DNA of 64,000 nt, taken from assembly GCA_037447605.1 (NCBI GenBank), contig CM074815.1:1922001-1986000 (forward strand). The letters run 5' to 3'. Below, piece after piece: positions 1-12,200 of the stretch. The position numbers and the translations under genes were made by a program. The first letter of the stretch is position 1. Every line of letters starts with the position of its first letter. The notes beneath the pieces are model-generated. The model saw nothing but the letters and a program-made list of their open reading frames with translations. It was not told the DNA's origin and made no database searches. The DNA is from Zygnema circumcarinatum SAG 698-1b (Eukaryota > Plantae > Zygnematophyceae).

Positions 1-3000
1 ACAAATGATGTTCAGAGATCGGATTTAGTCTTTGAAAGCACCTCGCGAATAAGAACGAGAAATCGGTTTTCACAGTTGCGAACACGAATGAAATCTTCTT
101 CACTTTTTGGACCATTTGGGTCCAGTCCACGCATGTAAAAGTAGGTGTCGGTAAACCCGCAAAATCGTCGTTTTGTTGTTTTGGGGTCTAAAACTCTGGC
201 GATTGCATCTATGGCGACCTGGAAAAAGCCAAAAACGGGAGCTTAGAAAAACAGCAAAACACGCATCACATGTAGACTTGGATAAAAAAATGTGGCCCTA
301 TATCTTTGTTGAATTGGGTTTCTAAGGAAAGAGTTAGCACATATCCATGTACAGTAGTATGGATATGAGTCATATATGACGATAAAGTGGTAGTTTCGAA
401 ATCGAGTGGAAGGACAGAAACGAGCCTGATACACTGAATATGACACCCACCTCCTTTGAGCTCTTTAAAATGAAGACAGTATTGTCTTGGGAATGAACCG
501 GATCAAAGTTGTTTACTATCTTCAGCTGCGAGAAAAAAAAGATGATTAAGCCAAGTTAGTCTGCCAGCTATACAAGAAAAAAAGCAACCTGAGAGAAGTT
601 TTTTCCATACAAGGATTTCCAAACCTTATCCATTGAAAGATAAGACAATCCCTATTCCAGCAGCTGCAGAAACCCTGCGACAAAAAGTGAAGAGAGGAGA
701 GATGAGAGGGAGAGGGAAGCGGACTGAGGGGAGAAGTGGGAGAGGGAGAGGGAGAGAGAGGGAGAGGGAGAGGAAGAGGAAGAGGAATAAAGAAGGACAG
801 GGCTCACATGTGCACTTGTCGAGTGAGGTTCTATGTGTTCACGGAACATAGGAAAAATTGTTTGAATCACTTCGCTCTCGCCCATCCACCGACCGGTTCG
901 CTCCACATCGCGGAGAACTCGAGCTGCTAAATGGGAATGCACTCCTCCGACCTGAAATTCCAAAACACAGGAATAAGCAGAAGAATCGCTTGATCGATAT
1001 TGGCAAGCAAACTAAGATCAGTGCAACATCGTCAAAACGGAAAAAAAAATGCACATTTGAAAGAAAAATGTGAGGGCAACTTACGACGGAAACTCGAACA
1101 TCCATAAGTTGTTGAAGGGAGGGATGTAGAGCATACACACCTTCAATGACTACCTGCCTTCCCAGACACGCTCCCACAATCCCAAAATTCTCAAACACTG
1201 TTCCTCAGAACCTCAGGTATTAACTAGTAAGCTGTAAGCCGAGCATTGACACGTGCGAATAGTCAAATGAAGGCACATGATTGGACGGCCCATTTGCGCA
1301 GTAGTACACTTACCACACCACTCTCACGAGAAGCTTCGACTTTCTGAAAGGCCACACGCTTTTTCCTTTGAAAATCGAATATGGGTATCCTCGCAGGCCT
1401 AAGCTCCTTCAAATCCCGAATATTCTGTAACGTAACGCTTCCCAGCCATCGCCAATATCAGAGCTCTGCAATGCATGGTATGACAAGTGACCATACAATA
1501 CACATCATAATCAAGCCTTTAAGAATGAAAAAGTTGTGACTGATCTACCTGCACCAAGAGAAGGCTATCCAATGTATAGAATTCATCGTAGTTTGTATCA
1601 TCCACCAAGTCCTCCTTAAAGTAGCTTTCCATAGAGAGCAAATGACATTCGACAAGGTCCGCCAATTTCCTCGCGAAGTTGCTTTTGCCCGATCCGCTAG
1701 GACCACCTGCAACATGTGCAAACATTAGCATTCCAGTTCAAGCACCCTCTCAAATCGCGTACAAGCCTTTCAAAAACGAATGGAGAATTCAAGCAATAAA
1801 GACGAAATTACAGCCTTACCAATGCCAATGACAACTGGGCCGCCATTCTCTTTCAAGAGTGTCTGCAAAGAATGATTTCACAGAGCAAAGGAAACAAGCA
1901 GCCAAAAGCCTCACGGTCAGCCTGGTTTACACTTACATGTGCGGATGAATAAGTCACAGAAACACGACTCCGTACAGGCATCATGCATTACGGAAATCGT
2001 AGATGTGATGTTTTACAATAGGGTAAGGAAATCAAGGCCAAATGCTAGTTAAGACAGTTTTGTTCATATATTGGCAGAAGAGTCGTAAGGAGAAAAACAA
2101 TCACATTGCCTATAAGCTGTCTGTAACATTTTAGTATCAGAGCCTAAGGTAAGGATCTTAGGTCTAGGGTTATCCTATCCCCTACACTCTACTATTGAAA
2201 ATCTCACGGAAGGTGGTTTGACAGACACCGACTCAATGAGGGGTGAGGACTTGAACCCCGGCCCTTGGGTCGCCCGTGTCACCACAAAACCGTGACATAG
2301 CACTTGGGGCGTATTAAGGATTTTTGGGCTTTAAGGGATCTAAGGTTGAATACGTTCTGCATGTTCAACATGCCTAGGGTTTGCGTGCCTAGCGCCAAAG
2401 TTACAGCATGACTTCCATACATGCGTCAAGAAATGAGCTTAAAATCGAGACAAATTGCGAGATTGCAGGACGCTATATAAAGTTGTAAGGGCAAACAATA
2501 ACCTGAACAGCTTGAACTGCCAGGTTCAGGCCCCGATCGAAGTTGAACACTTCCGGTTTAGGCTTGAGCTCCACCCTTGCAATACCACTCTTGCTGCTGC
2601 TACCGCCTTCCACATAGCCTCTGCTACTATCTCCCAGAAACTGCTCTGCGAACCATTGCCAAGAAAAGGTGCTTAAATAAGGCTTCATCTACAGGTCCTG
2701 CATTTCCTCCAAAAGGCCAATCCTGCTAGAGGCAGAGGCAAAGTAGTACCTAAGGTAACATCAGAGATGTAAAATGTACCTTGTGGCATGCGATTCTCAT
2801 CCTGAAGTCGACCTCTGATTGGCCCAGCAAGAGTGGCTAGACGCCAAGATCCCACAACTGGGTCCGAAGCCGAATGCTTAGGGGAGCGGGTCCAGGGTTC
2901 AGCTGCTGAGCTTCCTTCAGAAACTGCCAAAGGAAGTAAACCTGGGGAAGCAGGAACAGGTGCATGGAGCCTCTCTTCATTATGGGGAGGGGCAGGAGGG

Positions 3001-6000
3001 GTCGCAAAGCGGACTGCTTCTATAGCAGAGGTAGAGATAGGGGGAGAGGGAAGCCTCGGAGGACCTGCAGTAATGTGGAAAAATGGCATCAGCAACCCCG
3101 AGAAGATGCTTATCTACCATAGTGGTGTTTACACCTGACATTGAGAATTTTTTTTTCTATGGATGGGATATGTCATGTAGCAAAACAGTGTTTTGAAGGA
3201 ATGAAAAGGTATGTCTAACCCATGCTTAAAGCCATCAAGTGAAAGTAATCCTCGAAGTAGATACGGAAAAGCATTTTCACCTTTGGCTTCGATAACCATC
3301 TCGAGGTAGGACAGAGTAATCCACGGGCCATCCAGGTTTAGAGCCTTGGCGGTTGCATATACTGCCTGCTGACAATACAAATTTCCAGGAAATTAAGCTT
3401 GGATACGACCATAAGTTGATGCATCTACTGCCATGCATCGCAATAGGATAGGATGTACCTGCCGGTTCTTTCCTCGGATCTGAAGAAACTTCTGATATTG
3501 CAGATCCGCTATAGTGTCCACAGACACAACCACTTCATCCGTCTCCCACATCTCCGACTCCCTCGCAAAGCTCACCGCGACATGATAGTTGCAAGCCAAC
3601 AATCCCCCCAGAGTTGTTTTGCCCACCTGAAATCTCTCCCAAGCAGAACAAAGCAACTCATCATGGGCATGGAACAAGAACGTCCAAAGATCCATTTTAA
3701 GCTTTATAGAAAACACTACTCGAAGAGGTAACTCGCTACATAAGATAAGAAAAAGTAAGCTCAAAATTGTCCCTCGACTTCCAGCCTAACAAAAAGTAAG
3801 TTTCCTAAAAACTGTATCCATAGTGCCATCATGCACACTCACTTCGAACTCACATCTCGGCCTTATGATTGTATTTCTGTCAATGATCCTCTGATTCCCT
3901 TCAGTATAGAAGTATCGGATTCCCCATTGCCGCATGCGAATCCAATCCTTTGTCCGCACATTGTTCCCTGGCGGTTGAAGGTACATGTCAATGTATCTGA
4001 GAATGCGTGGAGGAAGTTGCCATTAGTACAAGGAAATATGCTTTGATACAAAAAATGTCAACCACATGCGCAATTACCTCAATTAGGACAACCGAGGAAG
4101 GAAGTGCTTACTTCTCATGCTTGGAGTTATGCTGTTTTTTTATTCCAAGCGCTTCCACAATGTCAGAAGTTGAGACCTGCACACAGAAATGCAACAATGG
4201 AAATTCTAAACTGGGAAATTCTTCTAACTCAAGCACCCTCCTACATTCCATACTCCTTAGGTTTCACAAATGAGCCCCACAGCAAATGGAGCATAGCGTG
4301 TTTCAGCCAATCTCATCTCAAGAAAAGTTCCTTTTAAATGGCTTGCATTCTGTTATGAGGACCATAGTCACTAAACTACAACATGTCAATTCCAACAAAT
4401 TGGTAGACCTAACAAGAGGAGTTTCATGAATTTGTGACACTGACATGTGGGAGAACGAAGTGACAAATGGCCATCCTACAATTGATGACATGGAACGTTC
4501 GGTCTATGTGTCGGAAAACTGTCATTGAAGTCCAACGTCAATCTAATGGACAACGCAATCCCCCTCCTCTTATGACAGTTCCACACTTCCCCGACGCCCC
4601 TCTCTTTCGCTCTCTCTGTCTCTTCTTCATACTCCTTTTGAAATGTCAGTCCATCCTCACAAATAGGTACTTGAACCGCAGATGCATCAGCTATACACGT
4701 TCACATCAGCCTCTATATCAAATTTACCTTTCTCTCCCTCTCTTTTGTTCGTGTTGCCATGTTATGGGGAACAAAAATGCATACATGCCAAGTGAAAAGG
4801 TAAAGGAATAAGACTAATGACTGGAGACTAGACATGGCTTCTAACCTGTTTGTTGGTTTTCAGTATGTACAGAGGCTCTCGAAGGGAGTCGGCAACGAAC
4901 TTGTTGCTGATGCGGATCTGCACTCAACAACATCCCATGAGTAACACACGGTAGTACATATGCCTAAAGTTGACTAGAAAGAAAACGGTAGGGCTCTAAA
5001 TTCCCATTTAAATAGCCACAGCCCAGAATATCCGGTCTACTTGAACAAAACAGGAACAGGAGAAGGCTGCTGCTGCTATTTTTCCGCTCTTGGTCTTTGC
5101 TGACAATGTATCGTAACGTGATGCATTCAACACGATGTTCTGCAGACACAGCATTCAGCAGTAATGGGCGGAGAAATGGGTTTCATGAACTTACAAGGCG
5201 AGTAAGTTGCAAGGGGTCAACTTACTTGTGCAAAGATTAAATCTGGCTCAATCTGCGTCCGAAAAAGCGGGAAAATGCTATCCATCACTCCCGCCAAAGT
5301 CTTCTCTCTCCCACTTTTCCTCACATCTGCTGCCACTCTTTGCAGCAGATTGTAATGAACTCCTCCAACCTGTTTCAGCCACAATGTGGAGCGACTGCCT
5401 AAAGTTGGCATACATCTAGTCTCCTCAAATCCAACATAAGATATGCCCATAAGCGGTGTAGACATTTTGGCAGCCATAACAAGGCCCTTTATACCCATGA
5501 AGAGACCAGTTTTTCCAGCAAAAATGAACATCGAAAACAGCATATTGAATTGCTGAAGCCTTTCCGTAAGCAAATTCCCAAAATGACCTCTTAAAGTCTA
5601 ATCTCAGCTCAGTTCATACTGAAGAAGCCCAGGATGGAGTTAACACTTACCACGGCGATCCTTATGTCAAGCAGAGGGCGCACTGCTTCGTTCAAAGCAT
5701 ACATGCCCTTCAGGAATACCTGTTATACATCACCATGCCATCACAATAACAATCATTAGATGCTCATTCAAGAATGCCTTCATAATCAGCTCTGGCCAAT
5801 AGGAGCCCAGCAAAGGTGGCACATTTGAATAGATTGGCCCATGGCCCTTCTCGAATGTGAAGTTCGCAAAAGAACTGACCACGCCGGAATGCGGAGCCTC
5901 GACTGGGATGAACCTCGCTCGTTTCTTCTCCGACCAGTCAAAAGTTGGCATGTCAATGGATTTCCCTGCAAGTAAAGCCTGTTTGCAAGCACTCACAGAA

Positions 6001-7463
6001 AACATCACTTCCTTTTGCGGGAACAATTATGCTAGTTTTATTAACATTGTCTTGTTGCGATGTGGACCCAACTATCTTGAAGCATTGACGGACTGCAGAT
6101 AAACTGCATGCGACAAAATGGTCTCCTAGTAAGGCAACATGCTTCAACGATATTCCGAGAATGACATTCGCGAAAGGATGTAAAGCACCCTCTTGCCTGA
6201 AGGTGCTGGCAGAGCAGATGGAAGTCGATGGACGCTACATCATAGCTATCATCGCTTAAGCCTTCCTTGTAGTAGTTTGATTGGTCGATGACTGTTCCAG
6301 CAAGGATTTGTGCAAGTCGCTCTGCCAAGCTGCATTCATACGTGACCGAAGCAGCCTGAGCAATTTAACAACTTATGCAGCATCACTTATGCAGAACCTT
6401 ATCATAATATGATACGATTCAAACGCTACAAACGGACATTTTTTCACATTTGGAAGGTGCTGCCTTTGGATAAATGCTCAACTATCCTATCCTTCAAGAA
6501 GCTTCTGTCCAAGGAGTGTGGTCACGTTCAATGCCCTTTGTTCAAAAAGAGAATGTTTCATTTACTTTTTGCCATAGAATGAGATCGTACGTTAGTGAAA
6601 CTCTCTTCCTCGATGTTTTCAGACAAGAATAAATACAAAAAAAAAATAAAATCTAACTCAATATCTGGAAAAAGGAAACCAAATAAGCTCACCAATATAG
6701 AAAAAGCCAAAATCAAACACCCGACTCTGCTTCAAGAAATGAAAAAAATAGAACAAAATAAACTCACCAATTTCTGACCATACCTTGATTTGCCAGATCC
6801 ATTTGGGCCCCCGATGCCGACAAGGAGCGGCCCCTTCCTTGCTTCTCGCAGCTTCTGAATGGCTCGCACAGTAACGAAGTAGCCTTGATCCAGAGACTGC
6901 AAAACCGTCATCCCAAACATACACACTTGGTGGACAGCTCGAGCCAAGATACGAAACGTCTTATGACTTAACCTACAAGGTTTTTTTACATTTAAAGAGT
7001 CGAAATTTTCAAAGAAAATACTGAACATCCAAAGGAGTAGACATACCAGCTCCTTAGCAATAGGTGCCAAAGTCCATTTTGAAAGCGGAGTTTGACTGGT
7101 TGGCTCCACTAAAGCTATTAGGCTCATTAGCTGCTGGTCCTCCATGGACTCTCGAAGACTTGCATGCTCTTCGGCAACCACATACTCCAGTTCATCGGGC
7201 TCTCGCCTACCCGGATTGCCTGCGTCCTTCCCACATACTATCAAATGACTGAATCGAATCAAATCAAGCCATGCGCTTCAATTTCAGGAATCACCAACCT
7301 ATTTTTCTGTATTGCACCTAAATCACCACATTCCTGCACTATCTTCGGGCGTCTTGATCGATTGATTTTGCAGGGAAAAGTTTGAATAAAGTTGCAAAGG
7401 TCTGGTACCCGAGCTCCCGTTGAAGCCACCGCCTCGGGAACCCCAGTAACTGGCCTCATCCAT
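1..7463 (-). CDS. Tandem (uridine kinase-like P-loop + CYTH) x2 protein, resembling Arabidopsis AT2G01460 of the TTM-related family; multi-exon, 3' end runs off the left edge
   Basis: Spliced exons give: SLDQGYFVTVRAIQKL..VGIGGPNGSGKS; VGGVHYNLLQRV..DSIFPLFRTQIEPDL; MYLQPPG..DWIRMRQWGIRY..IIRPRCEFEV; GPWITLSYLE; PWTRSPK; FNFDRGLNLAVQAVQ; GGPSGSGKS; VIEGVYALHP; VGGVHSHL..IFPMFREHIEPH; DFIRVRNCENRFLVLIRE. Putative start MDEASYWG at 7463. Confidence 0.9.
2238..2320 (-). mobile_element. Possible degenerate tRNA-derived SINE fragment in an intron
   Basis: The minus strand reads ccggGGTTCAAGTCCtcacc, a B-box match. No convincing A box or cloverleaf. Confidence 0.2.
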
Positions 7464-8237
7464 GGCTTCCAGCCGGTAACAGCTGCCAAGCCGTGTCCTT
7501 GTCTGTCATCAATCCATTACTGCCTGCCCTGGACGATTAGGACGCGGGAGGGAGGGAGGGAGGGAGGGAGGGAGGACTTGAAGGATGGGATGGGTCCCTT
7601 GACTCGGGATGGGACTTTCACTTTTCCGATATACCGTCAATATATCGCTGACATATTCACTTGACTCGGGCCAGGACTTTCACTTTTCCGATATATCGCA
7701 CATGTATCGTATCGATAATGAGATGTGCCATGCAATCCCTTCGATATATCGTATCGATTTGGAGGCGTGGCACGATAGTGTTTGTTTGTTGCATTTTAGA
7801 AGTCCAATGGGATGGGTTCAATCTTTGGGATGGTGATTTTTTGGGGCTAGTCTGTTTGGTGTCGAGTTGGTGAAGACATTCCATATTGTAGCTTCGCTTA
7901 GTATGGAGGGCCCTTAATGTTTCATTCCCTTGTGTCGCTTTGCAGCTTTGTGTGTCTCACATTTGGTTGTGTTCAGTGTGCCCTGTTCACTCGCAGCTGA
8001 GATTGGTCATTGCAATGACTAGCGAGTGAGTCTGAGCTTGCTCAACCTGCAGCCTCACCACCGCCAACATGGCAAAGATCACGGCAAAGCGGTAAGCTTT
8101 ACCAACACTTCTTCAAGCCAACGGCCAATTTCAACAAGCGAAAAAGTCTATTTTTGCAATGTCTTTGTAAGGTTTTCTTCCCAAAGTGGCGCACTTACAA
8201 TGAACAATGACAGGAACTCACAGTTCGCTAAAACCGG

Positions 8238-8685
8238 CGCGCAAGTGCGAGTGTGCGCGTCCCTCGGCCCGAGGTCTCCGCAAAATTATGAGCTGGGCCG
8301 CCAGCCTACGGCGGCTCGCCATCGACAACTAGAAGCCAATCACCATCTGCCACGTGTCATTTTTTATGCGTGGTAAATGTTGATTGGTCCAGGCTATCAA
8401 TGTAACAGATTTTGGGTTTCCTCCAAGTTGTGGCCGTACGGAGTTTGTACGGGCCCACTTTTGAGAGGGCTTTGTTGGACACGTGCGCACGTGCCATTCG
8501 CTGGGACCGAGCCTGGACTGTGATCTGCCGTGGTGCGATCTGCGAGAGAAATCGGCGGCGAAGATTCACCGCAAGTGTGAGGGACGGCCACTTGCGAATG
8601 ATCTCGTGGCGGACGGATCTTCCTCTCCGAGCAGATTCGGGCAGGTCGATTATCTTTTTCAATCAGAAAACAAAAATTAGTTTCC
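8238..8685 (+). mobile_element. Degraded fragment (core plus right arm) of the foldback element family at 57002-58849
   Basis: Co-linear similarity with 57430-57740 (gcgagtgtgcgcgtccctcggcccgag..ctgccacgtgt..ttgattggtc..gatctgcgag). Its tail (gatctcgtggcggacgga..ccgagcagattcgggcagg) matches the reverse complement of about 57235-57290. Confidence 0.75.
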
Positions 8686-8850
8686 TTTATTTTTGACTAT
8701 TCTTGGGAATTTTTCAAAAATTTCCTCCTTTGAACGATGCCTGTACTGTACCACTCTCGCCACCGGCCCGTACCTCCCGCTTCAGCCTCTAATAATGCAT
8801 GCCAACCAATGGTTGGTTGTTCCTAACTGTATGCGCGTGCTTGGCATCGA

Positions 8851-9010
8851 CCGTTGGATAGGCCACTCGCGTGTACGTGCGGGGATGCTGACCGTTGGAT
8901 AGCGACGAAATTTAGGGTCAACGGCCGTTGGATAGGCCACGTATGCGTGCGATGCTAACCGTTGGATAGCTACAAGATTTTAAGTCAACGGCCGTCAGAT
9001 ATGCCACGTG
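8851..9010. repeat. Four CCGTTGGATAG motifs in a duplicated ~75-bp unit upstream of PBRP1
   Basis: Motif at 8851, 8892, 8925 and 8959, with caacggccgttg palindromes. Confidence 0.7.
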
Positions 9011-9296
9011 TACTTTTTCCACGTGGACGTTTGTGATTGGATACAAATACTTCCGTGGTGCTTAGTTTTCTTTTCGTCAGCTGTTTTTCGCTGTGCTCCC
9101 AGCTGCTATCTTTTCATCCTGCCCGGAAAAGTTTTTTCCCTACCCACCCAACGTTTCGACCTGCCCGTTTATGACGGTTCCTTGTCCCTGCCCCGGCTGT
9201 TGCACGGCTAATTGAACGGCACCGCATGGAACCGCCGCCCCGGGCATGTTGCTCGTGTTTTAGGGTTAGGTCTCGGCCCTCATTGCAGCGGTCGCC

Positions 9297-12200
9297 ATGG
9301 ACGAGAGGGAGAGGGAGAGGGAGAGGGAGAGGGAGGGGGAGAGGGAGAGGGAGAGGGAGAGGGAGAGGGAGAGGGAGAGGGAGAGGGAAAGGGAAAGGGA
9401 AAGAGAGAGGGAGAGGGATAAGGAGAGGGAGAGGGAGAGAGAAAGGGAGAGGGAGAGAGAGAGGGAGAGGGAGAGGGAGAGGGAGAAGGAGAAGGAGAGG
9501 GAGAGGGAGAGGGAGAGAGAAAAGTGCCCCTACTGCGCGGCGCTGGCGGGCACGCGCAGCGTTCGTCTGCTGGTAGAGTGCCGTGCGTGCGGGCGCATCG
9601 TACGAGAGCGCCATCTGTCACCGCTGCTGTTGTTTGGAGAAACAGCGCGGGACGTGGTGCTCGCAGCTCCTCTGTGCAGGTCTCAGCAGCGGAACGAGAG
9701 AGAGAGTGGGGAGGGAGAGAGGAAGGAGGGACAGAGATGGGAGCGTGCAGGGGAGGAGAAGGGGCATCCTGAAGGCGGGGAGGCGGAAGAAGAAGGAGCG
9801 CTCATGGCGGCTTATTCCTTTTCGGCATTGGAGACTTTGCCTCTGTTTACGGTAGCGACTACGTCCATGTCAGGACAGCTGGCGGAGTTGGAAAGGGTGT
9901 TTGGAGACGTATTGTACGCAAACGAGGGCCCGAATGCTCCCGGAATAACGGACTATCTTCGGGCGTACTTTCAGTTACTGGAGCTTGCATCTTTGCTAGG
10001 ACTCGAACATGAGATTGTGGAAAGTTCTGCTCGTCTCTTTAAAGAATGCTGCTCTGCAAGCAACGGTGGATTCAACGGATTTAACGGTTTTAACAGTCAA
10101 AGCGTGGAAACGTTAGCTGCGGCAGCAATGATGCTGGCTATGAGAGATGCGCAGGAGACGCGTACACTGCAGGTAATGCAGTTTTAGCCCCCTCTCGCAC
10201 TCTCTCTTCCTCCCTCTCACCTCCTCGTCCCCCTTTTTCCGTCCCTTCCCTCGGGCTTTTCCTCTCCCCGTCCCTCTTGCTTGCTTTCTCTCACTTCTAA
10301 CCCTCCATGCCGTGGCCCCTCCACCCCTTTCCCTTTCTTCTACCTAACCAAACACTATTTTAGATTATCATTTTTTTGCACTCCTGCTAACTGAGATTTC
10401 TACAAACGACAATGGCTGCAATATTCGTATTTTCTAGTTGTTTGGCTCGCTTGAGTCTTCGGAAGAATTCACATGACAAGGGAAGGCTTCACTCGCTAAG
10501 TTTTTGCAAATGACATTAAGATACTGCGAATTCGATTTAATACTCCTTGCTTGGCGAAGAGAAGAACGTGTGGCCTATGTGAATTTCTGAACGAGGTGAA
10601 ACTTGATTGGTCGTCAGATCTTATCTCTGCGTACTGCTGCTCTTGTGAACGAGTGCCCTCCCTCTCTTCTTACCTTTCCAGGGTTTTTTCAGGCATGCGC
10701 CAAAATCGCCTTCTTGTCTAACTTCTGCACTTGTTTTTCTCTCTTCCACCTCTATTCTCAATTGAATAGTGTTGGTGTTCCTTTCCTATCACAATATGTC
10801 ATGCTTTTATCAGCTCGGCCATTAATTTTTTCTTGTCTAAATCTGTCTAGTAATCGTATTGGGAGCCTGCATGCAATTCGTGCAAGAAATTATAAATTGA
10901 AATATAGGTTGTCCAGGCAATCTCATTATTCAATTGACACAGGGCGTGAAGCCAACCTTCTTGAGCAACGAAAAAAAAAGCTTAAAAAAAGTTAGTTCTT
11001 GCGACGTTCTCAATGTCTCAGAAATTTTGATAGCCAAAGTCTCATTATGCATTGAATTCAATCAGTTTGATATTGACATAATAATTTTTGTTTTCCCGTT
11101 CAACTTAATTTCTTATTTGTAACTGGCTGAGCATTTCAACAATTAAATTTCGGTCTGACTGCTCCATTGTCTGAACCGTGATTCGCAATATGTTGGAATC
11201 TGCGCGTGTGCGTGAACTGTTTGAACATTGGAAACCACTACGAAAAAGGTTTAAATGTTCAACTGAGAAAGGTTCCAAGCGGCTGAACTTCATGTTCAAT
11301 CCTATTGAGTTAGCTTGAAACGAGAAATAATGGCCCGAAATCGTTTTCAATGCTTAAAAAAAAGGCTAGCTTTACTGTAGGCACCATTGCCCTGTTGCAT
11401 GCAAATATATGCGCCACTACATTTAGCAAGTTTCCATGACCGCGTTCTTGATTTTCGCATCACATGATATGCCCAACTCCTCGTCTTGCTGAAGGTTAGT
11501 GATGCACGGGCTATTTTAGTTGTGTTGGTAGAAGTTAAGTAAAAAATAGATTTTGAGAAAATAGTACTTCAGAATGTGAAGCTTGGCCTTTCGAGCTTTT
11601 GGAATCTAAGCAGAGTGCCAGGAGGGAGTCATTTCAAGGGTTTTTGACGGCACTTCACTTCCTTGTTCCAAATTCCAAGTTGTACATCGTACTTCCTCCG
11701 TTTGCTGATGGTGATTTTGCCTTCTTTGTCGGGTGTAGGAGGTGGCTGCAGCAGCTGGAATCCCACAAAAAGAGATGGCTCGAAACATGAAACTTCTGTC
11801 GGATGCATTAAAATGGAGGCAGCCTGCGAATTGCAACTCTATTGCCATGCACATGCCGAGGTTCTGCGGAATCTTGCAGCTTCAGCAGAGCACACAGGCA
11901 CGCCCACTCCTTCCTTTCTTCCTGTCGTGGTAAAGATTGTGTTGTAACTTGTACCAGTCCACCTGCTAGCACATGACAGTCTACGAGAGAGTACACCCCT
12001 GCCTCTGTATGTTCCCAAACCAAACATAGGTAGCAGGTCGTATGGCTTCTCGGATTTTTGTAGATTCTTTAGTTGAACCTGAGATCAATTCCATACTATA
12101 ACCATGTTCTAGGAAATGCATGGCTTTGTCGTGGTTAGGTAAAGGCAGCCATTGCTAGCGGTTGTGTGTTCATTTGGAGTGGTGGGGGAGGGCTCTGAAT

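Noticed and set aside
9114-9621. Poly-LP, poly-SP and poly-RG ORFs
   Set aside because: These are alternative frames of the GAGAGG microsatellite. Only the ER frame runs into the PBRP1 Zn ribbon.
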